Below, in pieces: positions 27,801 through 38,318 of a stretch of 64,000 nt of DNA. The translations under genes were made by a program, and so were the position numbers. Source of the DNA: Paragordius varius. Taxonomy: Eukaryota > Animalia > Nematomorpha. The notes under the pieces are model-generated. The model saw only the letters and a list, made by a program, of their open reading frames with translations, had not been told where the DNA came from and searched no databases. The stretch is from assembly GCA_964247055.1 (NCBI GenBank), contig OZ176057.1, positions 4,960,001-5,024,000 on the forward strand. The letters are read 5' to 3'. Within the stretch, counting starts at the first letter, position 1. Each line of letters starts with the position of its first letter.

Positions 27801-30144
27801 ATAATAATACAACTTCAAGTTAGTTTTTAAAACTTAAACTATAAAAAAACTGTTAAAATATTTATCTTTATACTTGTTATGGGAATTTGGAGTTTTTATC
27901 GATAAAGAAGTTAGATTGTAAACGCTTTTAAATGAAACTATGTCATTTACAATTCAAATTCACCCTAAAATAAATTATGTGTATCGGGCTAATATAACTC
28001 ATCATTAATATGAAATATATTTATATGGTATAGTTTATTATTTTTTCAGTATTATATTGATTTTAAACAAAATGTCATTTTTCAAAAATATAAAAAAATA
28101 TATGGGCAATTATTAACTTTAAAAAACACTTAATTTATTTTAGGGTGAATTTAAATTGTTTAACGGTGAATTTGAACTGTAAATGGTATATTTTAGATAT
28201 ATGTCAATGTAACACTATTTATACATAATTTATTTTGTAGAGCGTTTCAAAATTTAATGCAGTTATAACTAATTTCAAAACTGTTAAACCTTAACATTTT
28301 TATTGCTAAAATATATTATAATTTTATGCGTGTAGCCTTTTTTTCCGGTTACTCCAATGAATCCAGCAATCATGATACACTGTTTGAAAAAATGGCACAA
28401 ATTAATGCTAAAAAAGTACAGGAGTTATTAAAAACAAAGTAATGCTTTTATATTTTTGTATAAGTTTTATGTAATAACGGAATCCAACTACCATCAAATT
28501 CGGTTATACGGACAAAACGTAAAAATAATAAGACAAATATTTTCTAAAAGACAACCATCCTTTTATAATCTGTTTCTTTCATATAATTCATTGTTTTGAA
28601 CTTTAAAATATGAAAAAATGTATATTGGTAAATCTATTAATTATATATTTTTCGATAGTAATTAAATGATTTTCATAGAATTTAAGGTTAAAAAAGTATG
28701 ATTATCCTCTGAAAGAAAAATTGTCTCTATATTTTTACCTTTTTTTTCGTATAATTATAATTTTTACTGGAAAGTTTAAATATTTTCAAAATATTCTGTT
28801 AACACTTATAAATAATTTGTTAACTTTTTTCCATATAGCCCCTTTTTAACAATACCCAGTGGTACCTTACCAAGCTCCATATTGCAGAAATCCGTATCGA
28901 ATAGCACACAACACGAAACAAATAATTTAACACCACTAAAAAACAATTCTTCTCCAACAAAAAATATATTTTCATCAAACTTTACAACAAACTTGTCACT
29001 TACAAACGTCACCAGTCACGATGCAGTCTCAAATATTTTTCAATCAAATTACAATAATTTTACCTCAAATGTAGACAATATAACTCCTCAATTGCCATTA
29101 ACGAGCATTAGTACAAATATCTTTAAAGATATGGCCGAATCTACTAATCAACAGCAATTGGAATCACCGGTGTGTACAAAGAGTCCTGACAAAAATCTAA
29201 AGGTGTATTCACAAAATGTTATTAAGCAAAACGTTTTTGATGCCCTACTAACATCTAATACCAGTTTTTCGTCAGTCTCTGCCAGTTCATTATTTGAAAA
29301 TTTATCGAGCTTATCAAACTCTTTGCTGCATAGCACAAATAATCAAGCCCAAAATACCCTAAACCCTGATAATAGCACGTCGGGTTTGCTTAAATCAAGC
29401 ACTCTTAAATCTTTATTTCCTCCATCATCTAGCAGCATGATGAGTCGAAATAATGATTATGGGACGTGTCTTGATTTAGCAACTTTTACAGCTTTAAATC
29501 AACCTTTGGTTGATTCTCAACCACCGATTAATGAGATATCGACAGACAGAAACGCGCAATTATATACGAGATCTCCATCTTTGACCCATCAAAAGTTTAT
29601 AAATGCCGTATCATCTGCCCTAGAAAACCAAAGGCGACATTCATTAAATCCGCCGCAACAACAACCACTTCAACAATTTAATAATGGCAATAACAACCTT
29701 TTCCACTCTTACAATTTCGAAGATTATCAGCACAAAGGAACTACGTCATTACCTCTATCATCTCCTCAGAATAATAATTCTTTCATGCCTTTACCCCCTC
29801 CATTGAAAGCTATTACAGGACGTGGATTTCCATCATCCCCTAAAGACAAAACTTCACTCATGGGCCTGGTGGGGCCAAACCTCATGGAAAACATATTTCA
29901 AACAAAAACCATTGCTCAACCAAACTCCTTTGGAGTCGAAGCGAGAAGTGTGAATCAACAAAGGACATCCATGATAAATGGGCTAACTACAATAAATCAA
30001 AGTTGTTCCAATAACATATTTTTGTCCTCTCGGCACTCTTTAGAGTCTTCTCATAATAATATACCAACGACAATATCATCAAACAGTTCAAAAACCACAT
30101 CATATTATAACAGACCAAATAATTTTATGACGCCGCGCAAATAA
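8931..30144 (+). CDS. PIAS: PIAS-family SUMO E3 ligase (SAP-PINIT-SP-RING-SIM plus very long low-complexity C-terminus), 22 exons: 8931-8972, 8995-9161, 9234-9755, 10739-10968, 11504-11594, 11929-12229, 13686-13883, 15091-15196, 15896-15978, 17087-17247, 18014-18157, 19695-19963, 21014-21415, 22005-22364, 24129-24296, 25264-25392, 25740-25812, 26482-26567, 27083-27220, 27552-27818, 28336-28438, 28839-30144; ~1781 aa
   Basis: SAP domain DELK|RMISKFRVHELQCLLIYAGKSKNGKKQEL. PINIT segments LPFYEPICDLIKPTTL, TQIQLRFC and RRPGRPINLT. SP-RING VSLLCP|LSKSRINYPSRAHSCDHFQCFDA..WTCPIC. SIM DIVILSSSSEDDE. All junctions are GT-AG and phase-compatible (5346 nt = 1782 codons). Exons after ~22 kb rest on frame and splice compatibility only. 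Confidence 0.92.
10215..10712. mobile_element. Second TTAA-ended MITE family; related pieces at ~330-505 (inverted), ~41377-41700 and ~44280-44447
   Basis: Shared blocks AAAAATGGCGGCAAAAAAGTTTG, TTAGCCTTTT and GGGTAGTTTTAT..CCCA, ending GGAGTG|TTAA. Boundaries approximate. Confidence 0.5.
11191..11449. mobile_element. MITE family A (TIR CCATTTACAATTCAAATTCACCC..., TA/TATA flanks, internal 21-bp repeat)
   Basis: Family termini and the conserved core (AATATGAAATATAT..CATAGTTTATTA..TCAGTATTAT) are present. About 21 copies in the window. Confidence 0.75.
13101..13287. mobile_element. MITE family C (~190-200 bp near-complete palindrome)
   Basis: CAGT..AATGGTTG ... CAACCATTAAAATGCCTACTG. Other copies at ~14110-14245 (partial), 21514-21702, ~23549-23740 and 55565-55772. 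Confidence 0.8.
14604..14840. mobile_element. MITE family A nested in a family B copy (~14450-14980)
   Basis: TA|CCATTTAC...AAATGG|TA. Family-B sequence is interrupted at a TATA and resumes after 14840. Confidence 0.8.
15346..15518. mobile_element. MITE family D (173-bp hairpin in a (TA)n tract)
   Basis: 30-bp TIR CAGTAGCGTATGGA(T/G)TAAAACAATATTAGT with 1 mismatch; the interior is also loosely self-complementary. Confidence 0.85.
18183..18540. repeat. About four direct copies of a ~90-bp unit at the start of PIAS intron 11
   Basis: Recurrent AAATATGTTTTCAAA..AAAATAAAGTTAGAATGTGTTTTCTTT. Confidence 0.8.
18927..19187. mobile_element. MITE family A
   Basis: Family A arms and core; right end eroded into (TA)n. 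Confidence 0.75.
19211..19665. mobile_element. MITE family A with duplicated right half
   Basis: TA|CCATTTAC ... GTAAATGG|TA; the core and right arm occur twice. Confidence 0.8.
20480..20945. repeat. Degenerate 21-bp tandem array (TTCAAGGGTGAATTTGAAATG-like), an old family A arm
   Basis: Recurrent TTCAAGGG..ATTTGAAATG at ~21-nt spacing with many substitutions. Confidence 0.7.
21514..21702. mobile_element. MITE family C
   Basis: TA|CAGTATGCATTTTAATGG ... CCATTAAAGTGTATTCTG|TA. Confidence 0.82.
22385..23060. repeat. Degenerate tandem repeat at the start of PIAS intron 14
   Basis: Recurrent TTGTTTAAGTAAGTA..TTTTGG(G/A)TTT and GTTATTTGATAGCT blocks. Confidence 0.65.
23128..23366. mobile_element. 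MITE family A
   Basis: TA|CCATTTACAG ... AAATGG|TA. Confidence 0.8.
24836..25122. mobile_element. MITE family B (~285 bp, ~95-bp TIR CAGTAAAAATTGAAATTATACGGACAAAA..., TA TSD; Tc1/mariner-pogo type)
   Basis: TA|CAGTG...TTTTTACTG|TA with long TIRs. About 20 copies in the window, including approximate copies at 12780-13063, 17720-17998, 25875-26130, 28495-28770, 45160-45470, 50110-50408, 53170-53449, 54740-55023 and 58563-58860. Confidence 0.88.
27943..28186. mobile_element. MITE family A
   Basis: CATTTACAATTCAAATTCACCC ... GAACTGTAAATGG|TA. Confidence 0.8.
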
Positions 30145-30334
30145 TGTTTTCATTTGTTTAGTATTTCATTTTATTTACAATATAAGATATTGTGTTTGAC
30201 CCTTATTTAGCAAAAAAACATGGTCAAATTTATTGTAAAATATGTATCATCGGCTAAATGGTACCCACATACTGTCATTTTGAAATAAAAATAAATTGTA
30301 TACATATTATTTCAATGTAACAACAGTACGATAA

Positions 30335-33300
30335 TTATTTTTCCATATCAACCAAAATAATCAAAATTTTCTTGGAATCTTGATCTGTTGTTGTATTGCG
30401 AAATAGTGATATATGTTTTATCTAAAAATAATAATATATGCAACACATATTATTACTTGCAAATATAGGGTGAATTTTTCAAATAGTATCTCCCATTTTT
30501 TCTGTGTCTTAACTTCAATCGGTAATTTTTGGAAAGTTGCAGCCTTATATAAAATGTATAATTTAATACCGTTGAACACATCAACACCTCTGAACATTTC
30601 GAATCTATAGATAACTTTTTAAAATCTATATCCAACATTCACACTTAACGCTTATAATATATCTTTTAACGTTTATTAACCCTAGTAATTAATTATTTTG
30701 GGTAATATAAACCAATTGATATAAAATATTAGGTTTTACATAATTTTTTGTTTTTAGTATAAATTCTATAAAAATTATTAAAAAAAACATATACGTTATA
30801 TTGATATTAAATTTTTTAACAAGGCATATAAAATCAAAACTTTTTAAAATGTTAAAGGGATAGAAAAGAATTGTATAAACAATAATTTTTACTGGGCTGC
30901 CCAAAATTTTTTCGACTAATGATTCAATAACATACACATTGCCCAGTGTTCCGAAGTTATCACTAACATCTATCCTTATATCATAATGCACAAGGTTATT
31001 GTGAACAAGGGCTATTTAGCAAGATTGAAAGGTTTTAATATTAGATAATAAACAGTAAAAATTGTTATACAGACAAAAGTATAAATTTAAAGAGAAATAT
31101 CTTTTTTCAAAAGAAACTATACTTTTTTAAGCTTTATTTTTTTGAATACAACTCTTTATTTAATATTGCAAAGTGTTAAGTTGATATAGAGATATTATTA
31201 AAACAATCAATTTTATATTTTACCATTATTAAATAGTTTATAGAGGAAATTTAGGTTTGAAAAAGTATGGTTGTTTTTGGACAAAAATATTTGTCTTTAT
31301 ATTTTTACGTTTTACCCGTATAATTTCAATTTTTTGTAATTTTTTACATTTTATAATGATATATACTTGAATCATTTCCGCTTGGGTTACATTGTGGGCA
31401 AAAAGTTGTTTTCATTACCTTTTGACATTGATTACTAAATATATATATGTGTAATCAATATAATGAATATTATTCTTATGGATAGGTTTTCTGGTCGATT
31501 ATAAATGGTGTCATCATGACACAAGTACTTAATAACAAAATTTGAAGTTTAAAGTCAAAATTGGTTATTGTTAAAATATGCACGAATATGAAACTCGGTT
31601 AAATTTTAAGTTTTAAAAGGTTTAATTTTATACATTCTTTTTGTGCGAAATTTGATCGCATTATAACCATACATTTTATAGCTTCATTCATGGTTAATTA
31701 TGTAAGCGGTGCATTCCTAACCCCAACTCTAATATTTAATTTTTTGGCAGAAATCAAATGGTTAAAATTTCAAATCCAAATTATTTAATTTTTATATATT
31801 AATTAATTACCATTCCCATTTGTATAGCTTTGCCATTTCAACCACTGATTCGCAATCAACATTAAAGTTAGTTATAAAGGCAGAGATTTTAAACTTTGTT
31901 GCACAATTATTTACATTTTTATTATTGCTACAAGTATCAATACACATTGATAACTATAGTATTAAAATAATGTTATAAAAACCTCATTTAAGTCGGCAAC
32001 CTTCAAATATTCCATTTTATTTATTGCAGCACCTTCAACCTTATTTTCCTCAAAATAATTATTATTTCCTGCTTTTTTGTTTTGGGCTTTTAAATTCGTT
32101 AAGAGGTTTCTATTGCTTAAAAGAGGTCGAAATCTTTCCGCAAGCTCTGGGAAATCTAACATATTGAAATATAATTAGTAAAGATTCTTACATGCCACCT
32201 TAGATAATTTTATGTCCTATAATTTAGAAACAAGAGTTTCCTTCATAAATATGATAAATTATTGGGCTAATGGTTCAATTTTCATATATAATCGAAAAAG
32301 CCAAAATGACACCTTATTATTTAACGCTCCCGTACGAGCATTATATACCATTTTTAGTTCAAATTCACCCTTGAACAATTCAAATTTACTACGAACATAT
32401 TGATATTTCAGTATAATTTTAATTTAAAACAAATTTTTTATTTTTTAAAAATACATAGAAACATATAATTTATTTGAAGGTGAAGTTGATTTGTTTGATA
32501 ATTTGAGTTGTTCAAGGGTGAATTATAAATATTGAATTCTTATATTAGATATCTATTTATATTAATTTTTAATCAAAAACCTGGATCTACCGTAATAACA
32601 GTTCGTTGAGTCGAATGTCCCGTAAAATCTTCATTTGAGCCAAATCTCACTTGAATGTCAGTGAATACGGCAACTAATTTTGTATAAATTAAGTTTTGCC
32701 AATGACACATACATTACTTAATTATTAGATACTTATAGGGAAAGTTTAATTTCTGGTTTTATTTTGTGGCATAATTAGCATTCAAATATAGTTTTTATTA
32801 ATATTTTGTATTAAAGTTAAATAATTAATATTTTTCCCCAAAAACTCCTCTTATTCAATTATATTTTCTCCTATTAATTTTTATAATTACATAGTGAGGA
32901 ATTACACCTGTATTCTGTTGAATACAAAACAAGAATAATTATATTGAACATGACGCTAAAAATAGCCATTGTTCGTAAGTAAATATAAATAGTTTATTTA
33001 AAAATTAATTAAATTTTGTTTGAACTTTGAGGTAATTTGTGTTGCCATTTTTCAAGCCACGAAATTAAACATTGATCCCAAAACGTTATATTAAGAAATT
33101 TTTTTGAATCATCAACCACAAAAATATCCATTTTATGCTTTTCTGCTCCCGTCTTTTTCGAAACAAACCTTACAGGATTTCTGACGTCAATTATTAGGCC
33201 ATATATGTTTAAAGGGTTATTTATATCCAAATTTATGATGTCAGAAATTGCAAAATAATCCAGAATTCCTCTTATAGCACATTTTCCCATCCCTGGATTA

Positions 33301-33897
33301 ATTGGCCATTCTATATTTTGAAGCCTTTCAAAAAACGAGTTTTCGACTAATATAACTTGCCCTTGATTTTCTGTGATTGATAAATTGTAAAATCTAAATT
33401 TTAAATGGATTTATACGTTGGTGTCCATATACTGTATTTTTCAGAAATTTCATTTTTTATCATTACCTTAGCATAAATCAGTTCAACTATAAATATTGGA
33501 GTACAATATACCCAAATCTCCTATTTCGAATTCGCTTTTGAAATCCTCTCTATTGCACCAAAATGTTATGTTAATATAATCTTCTGGAGTATCGCGCACC
33601 ATAAAATTAAAACATGTTTTTATAAATCCTGTAAAGTTAATTCCTTTTGACCTTTTTTATCTTTGAATGTTCTGGATTCCCATTTCGCAATAACCAATCC
33701 TATAATATTCTCAATTTTGAATAACTAAAAATATTTACCACATATCCGTTTGGGGTATTTATTTGGTTAATTTGACATCTCGCCTCATCGCAATTCCCTA
33801 ATCCATTAGACTGAATATTTTTATGTTTAGCAATCAAAATATCATTATTATTAGTAAACTCATTTTGGTCATTAAAATCAAATCTTGTTGGCCACAT
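30335..33897 (-). CDS. MEIOB: Meiosis-specific OB-fold protein MEIOB, 12 coding exons: 33897-33739, 33709-33652, 33628-33512, 33486-33417, 33393-33026, 32673-32581, 32155-31983, 31953-31811, 31434-31367, 31011-30893, 30543-30457, 30421-30335; ~513 aa
   Basis: IIGLVIAK..FKDKK|G..CFNFMVRDTPEDYINITFW; DIFVVDDSKKFLNITFWDQ; AVFTDIQVRF..TVITVDP|DFPE; Zn ribbon CNQC..CPQC; YDIRIDVSDNFGTL; KTQKKWEILFEK. Co-linear with vertebrate MEIOB. 1542 nt = 514 codons. Confidence 0.9.
31053..31336. mobile_element. MITE family B (in a MEIOB intron)
   Basis: CAGTAAAAATTG ... TAATTTCAATTTTTTG|TA. Confidence 0.8.
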
Positions 33898-34079
33898 AAA
33901 TATAGCAGACGATTAATTATTGAAATCGTCTGTCGCCTCTAAATATATAATTTTCAAAATATTAAAGAAATAAAAGTTATCTAGGATTAAATTTTAAATT
34001 CAAATATTCTTTTATATCCTAAAGCCCTATTTCAAAAATTAAAATATTTTTACCTGTTTTTTACAATAAAATTTATATA

Positions 34080-34301
34080 CCATTTACAATTCAAATTCAC
34101 CCTAAAAATAAATTATGTGTGTTCGGGAACTTATTATTAATATGAAATATATTTTTAGGCATAGTATTTTATTTTTTCAGTATTAATTTAATTTTAAACA
34201 AAATCTTTTTTTTAAAATATAAAAAAATATAAGTAATTCCTAATCTTAAAAACTATTAGGGTGAATTTTATTGTTCAAGAGTGAATTTAAAGTGTAAATG
34301 G
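34080..34301. mobile_element. MITE family A
   Basis: TA|CCATTTAC ... GTAAATGG|TA. Confidence 0.8.
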
Positions 34302-34516
34302 TATATTTGTAAAGCGAAAAAAACAATCCATATTTTTAAAATCCAAAAATTAAGAACTTTAACATTGAAATTGTAAAGACCTTTTAAACTTAATTATACA
34401 TAAATTTTAACGAATTCTATTATCCTAAAAGAATGTCCAACAAATAAGCCGCGGGCCGCAACGGCCCCCCAATATTTTTTTACAGTCTGCAAATTTCAAA
34501 TAGTGAATTTAAATAA

Positions 34517-34794
34517 CAGTAAAAACTATTATTGGGACAAAATGTAAAAATATAAAGTCAAAAAAGACAACCATACTATTTAAATTTTGATTTATTTTAA
34601 TATAACTCAATGTTTTAGATGGCAAAACATGAAATAGAGATACATATTAACAATAAATTCGATATTTTACAATTGTAAATATATAGCTAGCTTATATGAG
34701 AAAATTAAGTTTTTAAAAAGTATGGTTGTCTTTGTGATAAAAATCTTTGTCTTTATATTTTTACGTTTTGTCCATATAATTTCAATTTTTACTG
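34517..34794. mobile_element. MITE family B
   Basis: CAGTAAAAAC ... TTCAATTTTTACTG|TA. Confidence 0.8.
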
Positions 34795-37700
34795 TAAATA
34801 CAATAATTCAGAATGTATTATGATTTTCTGCATAGTTTAAACCAAATAATTATATATCTAGACTAATTTTTGAAGGTATTTGTGTTAAATACTCTTGTCA
34901 TGAATTGGAAAAATTTTTATAACATTTTTTTCAAACTATTCATCAAAATTCAGCAACAACTTAAAAAGATTTGTTACCAATAAAAAAATACACAAGTTAT
35001 TGGTAAAATACAAAAGGAAATTACCCAGTAAGTTTTATTAGTCCGAAATTCACAATAATAAGTTTAAAAATATAACAAAATTTCATCTCAAATACATTGC
35101 AAGTCATATTGCTGATAACATTTACAGTAAATAGCATTGAGATATTATGGTTCATTATCATTTTTTATCAGATATTTACAATTTTAAAATAGCCTAATAT
35201 TATATATTTAAGGTTTGTATTAAAACGCAAAATTTTTTTATGAAACTATATTAAAATAATTATTTCAGGTTATTTACTAACATAAATCACTATTAAAATC
35301 TTAACATTCATATTTTATACAGAAATAATAACTTATATTTCAAAATAAAATTGATAAAATATTGTTTATTTCTTTCATTTTGTCATTCGGTTTATAAGTG
35401 TAGAAAAAATTTTCTGTTGATTTTCGGGGTCTTACATGAACAGGAAATTAACTAATTATTAACTTAATATTTAATTACTAAATTATAAATAGTCACAAAG
35501 TAGAAAAATGTGCCTTTAATTTTTTAAAATTATTTCTTTTACTTGAAAAAAATGTTATCTCTCTAGTTGAAAAATTGTTGCGTTTGCTTGAAAATGTTTT
35601 GATTGGTTGAAGAAAATGTTGATTTTTACTGAAAAATGGTGTAACTAAATACGGAATAAGGTAAGTATTATTTCTTTTATGCAAAAAACCATGAAACAAT
35701 GGCAAATAGTTACCATTTTTTCACAACATAATATATAATTAGTTAAAACATTTTTTAGTTTAAAGGGATTAAAATGATTATGCGACTTAATGATTGCAAT
35801 TAATAAAGGTATAGCGCTCAGTTTTGGGGTTAGAAAAGGGCAAACAATTTAACTTACTTTTCTTCTTTACTATTATTAATATTAAAAAATTTTAATAATA
35901 AATTTGTATTTAAAAAATTTTAATTATATATTATGTTTCCCAAAATATATCCCTAAACTCGAACAATTATAATCAAAATCTCCAACGAGAATCATATAAT
36001 TTCCTCTTTAGAAATACTCAAACAGCGGCCCTTTAAGTGCTTATTTATTATGGCAATGGATATTTAATTTTATTTTATATATTTACTTATTTATGAGTAT
36101 AATCGACATCGCTGTTATGGTCCATGCCACACGAATATTTTAATCCCTTAAAATTTTTTGGTAGATACCTTTGGTTTAGACCATGCTCCGAAATACCATA
36201 AAACGGTTGAATTTGGCTAAAAAATTAAATTTTATAAAGTCCGATGTCGTAATCTATCATATTTTACTATATTAAAAAATTCTGATCGTAAAATCTCGGT
36301 ATTTTTACGTAATTTTAGGGAAAGTAACCCGTTTTAGACGGGCCAAAAATTTACTTTTAGGATTTTAAAATATTGTTTTGCTTATTATTATGGTGTGTAA
36401 TATATATTTATGATAATTTTTAGAATGGAGCTATTGGCTTTGACCGAATTTTTTAACAAATTGGCGCAATTTTGAGATTTATAGAAATGCAACGATTGCC
36501 ACAAAAGTGCAAATATTTTTATTATATCACTCATGAAGCCCAAAAAAACATCATGAGAAAACCTATATATTTATCTACCAGAATGCATATTTCAGGATAA
36601 TTTTTTAGGTGGAAGCTGTTTACAGAACAATTGGGAAGGTGTAAATATTTATAAATGACCAACTCTTATAACCGATAGCGCCTAAAACTTCTGTTATATT
36701 TATCTATCGGAATATACATTGCCCACAAAATCGGGGGTTAATAAAAACCTGATGAAATATATATATATTCTGATAAATAAATCTTTTAGGATTCTGATTT
36801 TTGGATTTGGGGCTTTAGAAAGATCTAAGTAAGTTATTACACTTTTGTGAAGCGCAAAAAAATTGTGTTTTTATAAATTTAAAAACAATTGTTGTTAAGA
36901 TAATTTTTTTAAATATATGTCGAGTATAGCATCAAAAATACTTATTTTTGAAAAAACGCACACCTCTTTCATAAATTTAAATTTTAACAAAAGTTTGTTG
37001 GAGACTTCATACTATTATGAGGTATGATTGATACAAGAACACTTTAAGATATTATAAAATTTATATATAATTCGATAATTTTAAACATATTAATCACCTT
37101 TAATTAAATTACCGTTCGTCTTTATTTATGTTAAATAATTTTGTTAAAACTTTAAAATAAAAAATTCGGAAGCGCCAGAAATGAGCATGATTGTATATTA
37201 AAAAAGTGCTTATACTAAAGCCTTTGTGACCGTTTCCATCATTACTCAAAATAGTATGAAGCATGATACAACAAATTTTGCTAAAAAATAAAATGAAAAA
37301 AAAGTATGAGTTTTTTAAATAATATTTTTACTTTATATTATACTTTAGCATATATTTAACATATTTACCGCGCGATCCCGGCATTCGTTTATAAGAAGTC
37401 TAGTGTATTTCAGATTATCACAGACAACACCTAAAAATTTAAATAATATGAAAATATTAGGTTGCTCTTTATGTGTAGCTTATGATATATAATGGTATTT
37501 TTTAGGATGGTCTAGCTTTTACAAAAAATTTAATAAGAAAAAGGTGTGCGATTGTCATTTTCTGATAAGGAATATTACCACAAAAGTGCATAACTTTCTT
37601 AAATTACTCGTAAGAACCAGAACTAAAGGCACCATTAATCCTGATACATTTTCCTAACAGAATATATTGTTTTATCAGGCTATTTTTTTGTGAACACTAT

Positions 37701-38318
37701 TGCTATTTTGCAGATTTAAGAGTTTGTAAGAAAATATATCATCTACAAAATCTTTTAGTCGATTAGATTTTTACTAACCCATGATAAAAATCTAGCGCTA
37801 TTTGTGTTTTAAAGAAACTGGATCGTTTAACACCTACTTACCAAATGTCTATTGAGCTGTAATAGTTAATCAAAGTTCTTTGTCTCGAATATTCAACTTT
37901 TATTTGTAGTTATCATCCAAATGACATAGATGGTATTCTAGCTTTTAGCGATATGAAAAATCTAGCAAAATATGATAATTTCGCGCAACATTTTGTAAAA
38001 ATAAATTTAAATTGTGCACCTTGCGCAATAATTTAATCCATTATCATACTAAATTATATATATTTGTGTAATAAATATGGTGAAAATATCGCTATTTATA
38101 ATCATCTTTGTAAATAAAACGGATTGTTTCATCATTTAAAAAAACATATTATTTTATTTTTTGATACAAGCCAAATCCTTCAACCATATGACTCATATAT
38201 TTATATATGTAAATTGGAAATATCCCAAATCTATTCCCATGGATGTTAATACTAATTTATAAACATTTTCATCAAAACTAAGATATTATCCGTTGATTAT
38301 CAAATATAATTCTTAAAG

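Noticed and set aside
32893-32975. Extra exon candidate in MEIOB intron 5, or a + strand exon ending in GTAAGT
   Set aside because: The MEIOB alignment is complete without it, and no partner exons or homology were found.
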